Positions 34,205 through 49,200 of a stretch of DNA of 64,000 bases are shown in pieces. This DNA is from Squalus acanthias. Taxonomy: Eukaryota. The notes beneath the pieces were generated by a model. The model ran no database searches, had not been told where the DNA came from, and saw only the letters and a program-made list of their open reading frames with translations. The stretch covers positions 106,704,001 through 106,768,000 of the forward strand of contig CM059431.1 in NCBI GenBank assembly GCA_030390025.1. Direction: 5' to 3'. A program made the position numbers and the translations under genes. Position 1 is the stretch's first letter, and the number at the start of each line of letters is the position of its first letter.

Positions 34205-37200
34205 CACACCCGCCTCATCACACCCGCCCCATCAAACCTATCCACTCACACCCGTCCAGTCATCCACGCCCCGTCACAGTCGCCCCGTCACACTCGCCCC
34301 GTCACACCCGCTTCATCACACCCGCCCAGTCATCCACGCCCCGTCACACTCGACCCATCACACTCGCCCCATCACACCCGCTCCGTCAAACACGCCCCAT
34401 CACACCTGCTCCGTCACACACGCCCCATCACACCCGCTCCGTCACACACGCCCCATCAAACCTGTCCCATCACACCCACCCAGTCACCCACGCCCTGTCA
34501 CATTCGCCCCATCACACCCGCTCCGTCACACCCGCCAAGTCACAGCCGCCCCATCACACCCGCTCCGTCACACCCGCTCCGTCACACCCGCCAAATCACA
34601 CCCGTCCCGTCACACTCGCCCCTTCAAACCCGCTCCGTCACACCCGCTCCGTCACACCCGCCAAGTCACAGCCGCCCCATCACACCCGCTCCGTCACACC
34701 CGCTCCGTCACACCCGCCAAATCACACCCGTCCCGTCACACTCGCCCCTTCAAACCGCCTCCGTCACACCCGCTCCGTCACACCCGCCCATCACACCCGC
34801 CCCATCACGTCACCCATCACACTCGCCCCATCACACTCGCCCCATCACACTCGCCCCATCACACCCGCCCCATCACACCCGCTCCGTCACACCCTCTCCG
34901 TCACACCCGCTCCGTCACACTCGCCCTATCACACCCGCCCCATCACACCCGCCCCATCACACCCGCCCCATCACACCCAACCCATCACACCCGCCCCATC
35001 ACACCCGCCCCATCACACCCACCCCAACACACCCGCCCCATCACACCCACTCCGTCACACCCGCTCCGTCACACCCGCTCCGTCACACCCGCCCCATCAC
35101 ACTCGCCCCATCACACTCGCCCCATCACACTCGCCCCATCACACCCGCCCCACCACACCCGCTCCGTCACACCCGCTCCGTCACACCCGCTCCGTCACAC
35201 CCGTCTCATCACACTCGCCCCATCACACTCACCCAATCACACATGCCCCATCACACCCACCCCGTCACACTCGCCCATCACACCCGCCCCATCACACCCG
35301 CCACATCACACCCGCCCCGTCACACCCGCCCCATCACACTCGCCACATCACACTCGCTCCGTCACACCCGCTCCGTCACACCCGTCTCATCACACTCGCC
35401 CCATCACACTCACCCCATCACACATGCCCCATCACACCCACCCCGTCACACTCGCCCATCACACCCGCCCCATCACACCCGCCACATCACACCCGCCCCG
35501 TCACACCCGCCCCATCACACTCGCCACATCAAACTCGCCCCATCACACCCGCCCCTTAACACCCGCCATTTCACACTCGTCCCATCACACTCGCCCCATC
35601 ACACTCGCCCCATCACACTCGCCCCATCACACTCGCCCCATCACACTCGCCACATCACACTCGCCCCATCACACCCGCTCCGTCACACTCGCCCCGTCAC
35701 ACCCGTCTCATCACACTCGCCCCATCACACACGCCCCATCACACTCGCCCCATCACACTCGCCCCATCACACTCGCCCCATCACACTCGCCCCATCACAC
35801 CCGTCTCATCACACTCGCCCCTTCACACCCGTCTCATCACACTCACCCCATCACACTCGCCCCATCACACTCGCCCCATCACACTCGCACCATCACACTC
35901 GCCCCATCACACCCGCCCCATCACACCCGCCCCATCACACTCGCCCCATCACGCTCACCCCATCACACTCGCCCCATCACACTCGCCCCATCACACTCGC
36001 CCCATCACACTCGCCCCACCACACTCGCCCCATCACACCCGCCCCATCACACTCGCCCGTCACACCCGTCCCGTCACACTCGCCCCTTCAAACTCGCCCC
36101 ATCACACTCGCCCGTCACACCCGTCCCGACACACTCGCCCCTTCACACTCGCCCCATCACACTCGCCCCATCACACTCGCCCCATCACACCCGTCTCATC
36201 ACACCCGCCCCATCACACTCGCCCCATCACACCCGCCCCATCACACTCGCCCCATCACACTCGCCCCATCACACCCATCTCATCACACTCGGCCATCACA
36301 CTCGCCACATCACACTCGCCCCATCACACCCGCCCCATCGCACTCGCCCCATCACACCCGCCCCATCACACTCGCCCCATCACACTCGCCCCATCACACT
36401 CGCCCCATCACACCCGCCCCATCACACTCGCCCCATCACACCCGCCCCATCACACTCGCCCCATCACACTCGCCCCATCACAGCCATCTCATCACACACG
36501 CCCCATCACACTCGCCCCATCACACTCGCCCCATCACACCCGCCCCATCACACTCGCCCCATCACACTCGCCCCATCACACTCGCCCGTCACACTCCCCC
36601 CATCACACCCACCCCATCACACCCGCCTCATCACACCCGCCCCATCACACCCGCCCCATCACACTCGCCCCATCACACTCGCCCCATCACACCCGCCCCA
36701 TCACACCCGCCTCATCACACCCGCCCCATCACACTCGCTCCATCACACTCGCCCCGTCACACGCGGCTCATCACACTCGCCCCATCACACTCGCCCCATC
36801 ACACCCGCCCCATCACACCCGCCCCATCACACTCGCCCCATCACACTCGCCCCATCACACTCTCACCGTCACACCCGCCCCATCACAGCCGCCTCTTCAC
36901 ACTCGCCCCATTACACTCGCCCCATCACACCCACCCCGTCACACCCGCCCCATCACACCCGCCTCATCACACTCGCCCCATCACACTCGCCCCATCACAC
37001 CCGCCTCATCACACTCGCCCCGTCACACTCGCCCCATCACACCTGCCCCATCACACCCGCCCCATCACACTCGCCCCATCACACTCGCCCCATCACACCC
37101 GTCTCATCACACTCTACCCATCACACTCGCCCCATCACACCCGCCCCATCACACTCGCCCCATCACACTCGCCCCATCACACTCGCCCCATCACACCCGC

Positions 37201-40200
37201 CCCGTCACACCCGCCCCATCACACCCGCCTCATCACACTCGCCCCACCACACTCGCCCCATCACATTCGCCCCATCACACCCGCCCCATCACACTCTACC
37301 CATCACACCCGCCCCATCACACTCGCCCCATCACACTCGCCCCATCACACCCGTCTCATCACACTCGCCCCATCACACTCGCCCCATCACACCCGTCTCA
37401 TCACACTCGCCCCATCACACTCGCCCCCTCACACCCGCCCCATCACACCCGCCCCATCACACTCTACCCATCACACTCGCCCCATCACACCCGTCTCATC
37501 ACACTCGCCCCATCACACTCGCCCCATCACACCCGCCCCAACACACTCGCCGCGTCACACCCACCCCATCACACCCGCCTCATCACACTCGCCCCATCAC
37601 ACTCGCCCCATCACACCCGCCCCGTCACACTCGCCCCGTCACACCCGCCCCGTCACACCCGTCTCATCACACTCGCCCCGTCACACTCGCCCCATCACAC
37701 CCGTCTCATCACACTCGCCCCATCACACCCGTCTCATCACACTCGCCCCGTCACACTCGCCCCATCACACCCGTCTCATTACACTCGCCCCATCACACTC
37801 GCCCCATCACACCCGTCTTATCACACTCGCCCCGTCACACCCGTCTTATCACACTCGCCCCGTCACACTCGCCCGTCACACCCGTCCCGTCACACTCGCC
37901 CCTTCACACTCGCCCCATCACACTCGCCCTTCAAACTCGCCCCATCACACTCGCCCGTCACACCCGTCCCGACACACTCGCCTCTTCACACTCGCCCCAT
38001 CACACTCGCCCCATCACACTCGCCCCATCACACCCGCCCCATCACACCCGTCTCATCACACCCGCCCCATCACACTCGCCTCATCACACCCGCCCCATCA
38101 CACTCGCCCCATCACACTCGCCCCATCACACCCATCTCATCACACTCGCCCATCACACTCGCCACATCACACTCGCCCCATCACACCCGCCTCATCGCAC
38201 TCGCCCCATCACACCGGCCCCATCACACTCGCCCCATCACACTCGCCCCATCACACTCGCCCCATCACACCCGCCCCATCACACTCGCCCCATCACACCC
38301 GCCCCATCACACTCGCCCCATCACACTCGCCCCATCACAGCCATCTCATCACACACACCCCATCACACTCGCCCCATCACACTCGCCCCATCACACCCGC
38401 CCCATCACACTCGCCCCATCACACTCGCCCCATCACACTCGCCCGTCACACTCCCCCCATCACACCCACCCCATCACACCCGACTCATCACACCCGCCCC
38501 ATCACACTCGCCCCATCACACCCGCCCCATCACAATCGCCCCATCACACTCGCCCCATCACACTCGCCCCCATCACACCCGCCTCATCACACCCGCCCCA
38601 TCACACTCGCCCCATCACACTCGCCCCATCACACCCGCCCCATCACACCCGCCTCATCACACCCGCCCCATCACACTCGCCCCCATTACACCCGCCCCAT
38701 CACACTCGCCCCGTCACACCCACCCCGTCACACCCGCCCCATCACACCCGCCTCATCACACTCGCCCATCACACTCGCCCCATCACACTCGCCCCATCAC
38801 ACCCGCCTCATCACACCCGCCCCATCACACTCGCCCCATTACACCCGCCCCATCACACCCACCCCGTCACACCCGCCCCATCACACCCGCCTCATCACAC
38901 TCGCCCCATCACACCCGCCCCATCACACTCGCCCCGTCACACTCGCCCCATCACACTCGCCCCATCACACCCGCCCCATCACACTCGCCCCATCACACTC
39001 GCCCCATCACACCCGTCTCATCACACTCGCCCCATCACACTCGCCCCATCACACCCGCCCCATCACACTCGCCCCATCACACCCGCCCCATCACACTCGC
39101 CCCATCACACTCGCCCCATCACAGCCATCTCATCACACACGCCCCATCACACTCGCCCCATCACACTCGCCCCATCACACCCGCCCCATCACACTCGCCC
39201 CATCACACTCGCCCCATCACACTCGCCCGTCACACTCCCCCCATCACACCCACCCCATCACACCCGCCTCATCACACCCGCCGCATCACACCCGCCCCAT
39301 CACACTCGCCCCATCACACTCGCCCCATCACACTCGCCCCATCACACCCGCCCCATCACACCCGCCTCATCACACCCGCCCCATCACACTCGCTCCATCA
39401 CACTCGCCCCGTCACACGCGGCTCATCACACTCGCCCCATCACACTCGCCCCATCACACCCGCCCCATCACACCCGTCTCATCACACTCTACCCATCACA
39501 CTCGCCCCATCACACCCGCCCCATCACACTCGCCCCATCACACTCGCCCCATCACACTCGCCCCATCACACCCGCCCCATCACACTCGCCCCATCACACT
39601 CGCCCCATCACACTCGCCCCATCACACTCGCCCCATCACACCCGTCTCATCACACTCTACCCATCACACTCGCCCCATCACACCCGCCCCATCACACTCG
39701 CCCCATCACACTCGCCCCATCACACTCGCCCCGTCACACTCGCCCCATCACACCCACCCCGTCACACCCGCCCCATCACACCCGCCTCATCACACTCGCC
39801 CCATCACACTCGCCCCATCACACCCGCCTCATCACACTCGCCCCGTCACACTCGCCCCATCACACCTGCCCCATCACACTCGCCCCATCTCACTCGCCCC
39901 ATCACACCCGTCTCATCACACTCTACCCATCATACTCACCCCATCACACCCGTCTCATCACACTCTACCCATCATACTCGCCCCATCACACCCGCCCCAT
40001 CACACTCGCCCCATCACACTCGCCCCATCACACTCGCCCCATCACACCCGCCCCATCACACCCGCCCCATCACACTCGCCCCATCACACTCGCCCCATCA
40101 CACTCGCCCCATCACACTCGCCCCATCACACCCGCCCCATCACACCCGCCCCATCACACTCGCCCCATCACACTCGCCCCATCACACCCGTCTCATCACA

Positions 40201-43200
40201 CTCTACCCATCACACTCGCCCCATCACACCCGCCCCATCACACTCGCCCCATCACACTCGCCCCATCACACTCGCCCCATCACACCCGCCCCATCACACC
40301 CGCCCCATCACACCCGCCCCGTCACACCCGGCCCCATCACACCCGCCTCATCACACTCGCCCCACCACACTCGCCCCATCACATTCGCCCCATCACACCC
40401 GCCCCATCACACTCTACCCATCACACCCGCCCCCATCACACTCGCCCCCATCACACTCGCCCCATCACACCCGTCCATCACACTCGCCCCATCACACTCG
40501 CCCCATCACACCCGCCCCATCACACCCGCCCCATCACACTCTACCCATCACACTCGCCCCATCACACCCGTCTCATCACACTCGCCCCATCACACTCGCC
40601 CCATCACACCCGTCTCATCACACTCGCCCCATCACACTCGCCCCATCACACCCGCCCCATCACACCCGCCCCATCACACTCTACCCATCACACTCGCCCC
40701 ATCACACCCGTCTCATCACACTCGCCCCATCACACTCGCCCCATCAACACCCGCCCCAACACACTCGCCGCGTCACACCCACCCCATCACACCCGCCTCA
40801 TCACACCCGCCTCATCGCACTCGCCCCAACACACTCGCCCCATCACACCCGCCCCGTCACACTCGCCCCGTCACACCCGCCCCGTCACACCCGTCTCATC
40901 ACACTCGCCCCGTCACACTCGCCCCATCACACCCGTCTCATCACACTCGCCCCATCACACCCGTCTTATCACACTCGCCCCGTCACACTCGCCCCATCAC
41001 ACCCGTCTCATTACACTCGCCCCATCACACTCGCCCGTCACACCCGTCCCGTCACACTCGCCCCTTCACACTCGCCCCATCACACTCGCCCTTCAAACTC
41101 GCCCCATCACACTCGCCCGTCACACCCGTCCCGACACACTCGCCCCTTCACACTCGCCCCATCACACTCGCCCCATCACACTCGCCCCATCACACCCGCC
41201 CCATCACACCCGTCTCATCACACCCGCCCCATCACACTCGCCTCATCACACCCGCCCCATCACACTCGCCCCATCACACTCGCCCCATCACACTCGCCCC
41301 CATCACACCCATCTCATCACACTCGCCATCACACTCGCCACATCACACTCGCCCCATCCACACCCGCCTCACTCGCACTCGCCCCATCACACCGGCCCCC
41401 ATCACACTCGCCCCATCACACTCGGCCCCATCACACTCGCCCCCATCACACTCGCCCCATCACACCCGCCCCATCACACTCGCCCCCATCACACCCGCCC
41501 CATCACACTGCCCCATCACACTCGCCCCATCACAGCCATCTCATCACACACGCCCCATCACACTCGCCCCATCACACCGCCCCATCACACTCGCCCCATC
41601 ACACTCGCCCCATCACACTCGCCCGTCACACTCCCCCCATCACACCCACCCCATCACACCCGCCTCATACACCCGCCCCCATCACACTCGCCCCATCACA
41701 CCCGCCCCATCACAATCGCCCCATCACACTCGCCCCATCACCTCGCCCCATCACACCCGCCTCATCACACCCGCCCCATCACACTCGCCCCATCACACTC
41801 GCCCCATCACACCCGCCCCATCACACCCGCCTCATCACACCCGCCCCATCACACTCGCCCCATTACACTCGCCCCATCACACTCGCCCGTCACACCCACC
41901 CCGTCACACCCGCCCATCACACCCGCCTCATCACACTCGCCCCATCACACTCGCCCCATCACATTCGCCCCATCACACCCGCCCCATCACACTCGCCCCG
42001 TCACACTCGCCCCATCACACCCGCCCCATCACACTCGCCCCATCACACTCGCCCCATCACACCCGTCTCATCACACTCGCCCCATCACACTCGCCCCATC
42101 ACACCCGCCCCATCACACTCGCCCCATCACACCCGCCCCCATCACACTCGCCCCATCACAGCCATCTCATCACACACGCCCCATCACACTCGCCCCATCA
42201 CACTCGCCCCATCACACCCGCCCCATCACACTCGCCCCATCACACTCGCCCCATCACACTCGCCCGTCACACTCCCCCCATCACACCCACCCCATCACAC
42301 CCGCCTCATCACACCCGCCCCATCACACCCGCCCCATCACACTCGCCCCATCACACTCGCCCCATCACACTCGCCCCATCACACCCGCCCCATCACACCC
42401 GCCTCATCACACCCGCCCCATCACACTCGCTCCATCACACTCGCCCCGTCACACGCGGCTCATCACACTCGCCCCATCACACTCGCCCCATCACACCCGC
42501 CCCATCACACTCGCCCCATTACACTCGCCCCATCACACCCACCCCGTCACACCCGCCCCATCACACCCGCCTCATCACACTCGCCCCATCACACTCGCCC
42601 CATCACACCCGCCTCATCACACTCGCCCCGTCACACTCGCCCCATCACACCTGCCCCATCACACCCGCCCCATCACACTCGCCCCATCACACTCGCCCCA
42701 TCACACCCGTCTCATCACACTCTACCCATCACACTCGCCCCATCACACCCGCCCCATCACACTCGCCCCATCACACTCGCCCCATCACACTCGCCCCATC
42801 ACACCCGCCCCGTCACACCCGCCCCATCACACCCGCCTCATCACACTCGCCCCACCACACTCGCCCCATCACATTCGCCCCATCACACCCGCCCCATCAC
42901 ACTCTACCCATCACACCCGCCCCATCACACTCGCCCCATCACACTCGCCCCATCATACCCGTCTCATCACACTCGCCCCATCACACTCGCCCCATCACAC
43001 CCGTCTCATCACACTCGCCCCATCACACTCGCCCCATCACACCCGCCCCATCACACCCGCCCCATCACACTCTACCCATCACACTCGCCCCATCACACCC
43101 GTCTCATCACACTCGCCCCATCACACTCGCCCCATCACACCCGCCCCAACACACTCGCCGCGTCACACCCGCCCCATCACACCCGCCTCATCACACTCGC

Positions 43201-46200
43201 CCCATCACACTCGCCCCATCACACCCGCCCCGTCACACTCGCCCCGTCACACCCGCCCCGTCACACCCGTCTCATCACACTCGCCCCGTCACACTCGCCC
43301 CATCACACCCGTCTCATCACACTCGCCCCATCACACCCGTCTTATCACACTCGCCCCGTCACACTCGCCCCATCACACCCGTCTCATTACACTCGCCCCA
43401 TCACACTCGCCCGTCACACCCGTCCCGTCACACTCGCCCCTTCACACTCGCCCCATCACACTCGCCCTTCAAACTCGCCCCATCACACTCGCCCGTCACA
43501 CCCGTCCCGACACACTCGCCCCTTCACACTCGCCCCATCACACTCTCCCCATCACACTCGCCCCATCACACCCGCCCCATCACACCCGTCTCATCACACC
43601 CGCCCCATCACACTCGCCTCATCACACCCGCCCCATCACACTCGCCCCATCACACTCGCCCCATCACACCCATCTCATCACACTCGCCCATCACACTCGC
43701 CACATCACACTCGCCCCATCACACCCGCCTCATCGCACTCGCCCCATCACACCGGCCCCATCACACTCGCCCCATCACACTCGCCCCATCACACTCGCCC
43801 CATCACACCCGCCCCATCACACTCGCCCCATCACACCCGCCCCATCACACTCGCCCCATCACACTCGCCCCATCACAGCCATCTCATCACACACGCCCCA
43901 TCACACTCGCCCCATCACACTCGCCCCATCACACCCGCCCCATCACACTCGCCCCATCACACTCGCCCCATCACACTCGCCCGTCACACTCCCCCCATCA
44001 CACCCACCCCATCACACCCGCCTCATCACACCCGCCCCATCACACTCGCCCCATCACACCCGCCCCATCACAATCGCCCCATCACACTCGCCCCATCACA
44101 CTCGCCCCATCACACCCGCCTCATCACACCCGCCCCATCACACTCGCCCCATCACACTCGCCCCATCACACCCGCCCCATCACACCCGCCTCATCACACC
44201 CGCCCCATCACACTCGCCCCATTACACCCGCCCCATCACACTCGCCCCGTCACACCCACCCCGTCACACCCGCCCCATCACACCCGCCTCATCACACTCG
44301 CCCCATCACACTCGCCCCCATCACATTCGACCCAGCACACTCGCCCCCATCACAGCCATCTCAACACACACGCCCCCATCACACCCGCCCCCATCCACAC
44401 TCGCCCCAGTCACACTCGCCTCATCACACACGCCCCATCACACCCCGCATCATCACACTCGCCCCATCACACTCGCCACATCACATTCGCCCCATCACAC
44501 CCGCCCCACACACCCGCCCACCCCCATCACACTCGCCCCATCACACTCGCCCATCACACCCGTCTCATCACACTCGCCCCATCACACTCGCCCCATCACA
44601 CCCGCCCCCATCATACCCGCCCATCACACTCGCCCCATCACACCGCCCCATCACACTCGCCCCATCACACCCGCCCCGTCACACCCGCCCCATCACACCC
44701 GCCTCCTCACACCTCGCCCCATCACATTCGCCCCATCACACCCGCCCCCATCACACTCTACCATCACACCCGCCCCATCACACTCCTACCACTCACACTC
44801 GCCCCCATCACACACGCCCCCATCACACCCGACCCATCACACTCGCCCCATCACACCCGCCCCATCACACCCGCCCCATCACACTCGCCCCATCACACTC
44901 GCCCCATCACACTCGCCCCATCACACTCGCCCCATCACACTCGCCCCATCACACTCGCCCCATCACACTCGCCCCGTCACACTCGCCCCATCACACTCGC
45001 CCCATCACACTCGCCCCATCACACCCGCCCCATCACACTCGCCCCGTCACACTCGCCCCATCACACCCGCCCCATCACACTCGCCCCGTCACACTCGCCC
45101 CATCACACTCGCCCGTCACACTCGCCCCATCACACTCGCCCTATCACACTCGCCCCATCACACCCGTCTCATCACACTCGCCCCATCACACCCGCCCCAT
45201 CACACTCGCCCCATCACACCCGTCTCATCACACTCGCCCCATCACACTCGCCCCATCACACCCGCCCCATCACACTCGCCCCGTCACACTCGCCCCATCA
45301 CACTCGCCCTATCACACTCGCCCCATCACACTCGCCCTATCACACTCGCCCCATCACACCCGTCTCATCACACTCGCCCCATCACACCCGTCTCATCACA
45401 CTCGCCCCATCACACCCATCCCATCACACTCGCCCCATCACACCCGTCTCATCACACCCGCCCCATCACACTCGCCCTATCACACTCGCCCCATCACACC
45501 CGTCTCATCACACTCGCCCCATCACACCCGTCTCATCACACTCGCCCCATCACACCCATCTCATCACACTCGCCCCATCACACCCATCTCATCACACTCG
45601 CCCCATCACACCCGCCCCATCACACTCGCCCATCACACCCGTCCCGTTACACTCGCCCGTCACACTCGCCCCATCACACTCGCCCCATCACACTCGCCCG
45701 TCACACTCGCCCCATCACACCCGCCCCATCACACCCGCCCCATCACACTCGCCCGTCACACACCCGTCCCGTCACACTCGCCCCTTCACACTCGCCCCAT
45801 CACACTCGCCCCATCACACTCGCCCCATGACACCCCGCCCCATCACACCCCGCCCGTCACACCCGCCCCATCACACTCGCCCCATCACACCCGCCCCCTC
45901 ACACCGCCCCTCACACCCGCTCCATCACACTCGCCCCATCACACCCGCTCATCACACTCGCCCCATCACACCCGCCCCATCACACTCGCCCATCACACTC
46001 GCCCCATCACACTCGCCCCATCACACTCCGCCCCATCACACTCGCCCCATCACACTCGCCCCATCACACTCCGCCCCATCACACTCGCCCCATCACACCC
46101 GCCCCATCACACTCGCCCCTCACACTCGCCCCATCACACTCGCCCCATCACACCCCGCCCCATCACACCCGCCCCATCACACTCGCCCCATCACACTCGC

Positions 46201-49200
46201 CCCATCACACCCGCCCCATCACACCCGCCCCATCACACTCGCCCCATCACACTCGCCCCATCACACTCGCCCCAACACACCCGCCCCATCACACTCGCCC
46301 CATCACACCCGCCCCATCACACTCGCCCCGTCACACCCGCTCCGTCACACCCGCCCAGTCACAGCTGCCCAGTCACACCCGCCCCCTCACACCCGTCCCG
46401 TCACACTCGCCCAATCAAACCATCCCCATCAAATCTGCCCCGTCACACCCGCCCCATCAAACCAGTCCCATCACACTCGCCCCATCACAACCGCCCCATC
46501 ACACCCACTCCGTCACACCCGCCCCGTCACACTCGCCCCATCACACCCACCCCATCACACTCGCCCCGTCACACTCGCCCCATCACACTCGCCACGTCAC
46601 ACTCGCCCCATCACACTCGCCCCATCACACTCGCCCCATCACACTCGCCCCGTCACACCCGCCCAGTCACACTCGCCCCATCACACCCGCCCCATCACAC
46701 CCGCCCCGTCACACTCGCCCCATCACACTCGCCACATCACACTCGCCCCATCACACCCGCCCCATCACACTCGCCCCATCACACCCGTCCCATCACACGC
46801 GCCCCATCACACTCGCCCCATCACACTCACCCCATCACACTCGCCCCATCACACCCGCCCCATCACACGCGCCCCATCACACCCGTCCCATCACACGCGC
46901 CCCATCACACTCGCCCCATCACACTCACCCCATCACACTCGCCCCATCACACCCGCCCCATCACACTCGCCCCAACACACTCGCCCAGTCACACTCGCCC
47001 CATCACACTCGTCCCATCACACTCGCCCCATCACACCCGCCCCATCACACCCGCCCCATCACACCCGCCCTATCACACTCGCCCCATCACACTCGCCCCA
47101 TCACAGTCGCCCGTCACACTCGCCCCATCACACTCGCCCCATCACACTCGCCCCATCACACCCGCCCCATCACACCCGCCCCATCACACTCGCCCCATCA
47201 CACTCGCCCCATCACACTCGCCCCATCACACTCGTCCCATCACACTCGCCCCATCACACCCGCCCCATCACACCCGCCCCATCACACCCGCCCTATCTCA
47301 CTCGCCCCATCACACCCGCCCCATCACACTCGCCCCATCACACTCGCCCCATCACACTCGTCCCATCACACTCGCCCCATCACACCCGCCCCATCACACC
47401 CGCCCCATCACACCCGCCCTATCACACTCGCCCCATCACACCCGCCCCATCACACTCGCCCCATCACACTCGCCCCATCACAGTCGCCCGTCACACTCCC
47501 CCCATCACAGCCGCCTCTTCACACTCGCCCCATTACACTCGCCCCATCACACCCACCCCATCACACTCGCCCCATCACACTCGCCCCATCACACTCGCCC
47601 CATCACACCCGCCCCGTCACACTCGCCCCATCACACCCGCCTCATCACACTCGCCCATCACACTCGCCCAATCACACTCGCCCCGTCACACTCGCCCCGT
47701 CACACTTGCCCCATCACAGTCGCCCCTTCACACTCGCCCCATCACACCCGCCTCATCACACTCGCCCCATCACACTCGCCCCGTCACACTCGCCCCGTCA
47801 CACTTGCCCCATCACAGTCGCCCCTTCACACTCGCCCCATCACACCCGCCCCATCACACTCACCCCATCACACTCGCCCCATCACACCCGCCCCATCACA
47901 CTCGACCCATCACAACCGCCCCATCACACTCGCCCCATCACACCCGCTCCGTCACACCCGCCCAGTCACAGCCGCCCAGTCACACCCGCCCCCTCACACC
48001 CGTCCCGTCACACTCGCCCCGTCACACTCGCCCCGTCACACCCGCCCAGTCACAGCCGCCCCATCACACCCGCCCAATCAAACCATCCCCATCAAAGCTG
48101 CCCCGTCACACCCACCCCATCAAACCAGTCCCATCACACTCGCCCCATCACACCCGCCCCATCACACCCACTCCGTACACCCGCCCCGTCACACTCGCCC
48201 CATCACACCCACCCCATCACACCCGTCCCATCACACCCGCCCCGTCACACTCGCCCCATCACACTCGCCACGTCACACCCACCCCATCACACCCGTCCCA
48301 TCACACCCGCCCCATCACACTCGCCCCATCACACTCGCCACGTCACACCCACCCCATCACACCCGTCCCATCACACCCGCCCCATCACACCCGCCCCGTC
48401 ACACTCGCCCCATCACACCCACCCCATCACACCCGTCCCATCACACCCGCCCCGTCACACTCGCCCATCACACTCGCCACGTCACACCCACCCCATCACA
48501 CCCGTCCCATCACAACCGCCCCGTCACACTCGCCCCATCACACTCGCCACGTCACACCCACCCCATCACACCCGTCCATCACACCCGCCCCATCACACTC
48601 GCCCATCACACTCGCCCCATCACACCCGTCCCATCACACTCGCCCCATCACACTCGCCCCATCACACCCGTCCCATCACACCCGCCCCATCACACTCGCC
48701 CCATCACACTCGCCCCGTCACACCCCGCCCAGTCACACTCGCCCCACTCACACTCGCCCCCATCACACTCGCCCCCATCACACCCCGTCCCATCACACCC
48801 GTCCCATCACACCCGCCCCATCACACTCGCCCCATCACACTCGCCCCATCACACCCGTCCCATCACACCCGCCCCATCACACTCGCCCCATCACACTCGC
48901 CCCGTCACACCCGCCCAGTCACACTCGCCCCATCACACTCGCCCCATCACACTCGCCCCATCACACCCGTCCCATCACACGCGCCCCATCACACCCGCCC
49001 CATCACACTCGCCCCATCACACTCGCCCCGTCACACCCGCCCAGTCACACTCGCCCCATCACACTCGCCCCATCACACTCGCCCCATCACACTCGCCCCG
49101 TCACACCCGCCCAGTCACACTCGCCCCATCACACTCGCCCCATCACACTCGCCCCATCACACCCGTCCCATCACACGCGCCCCATCACACCCGCCCCATC

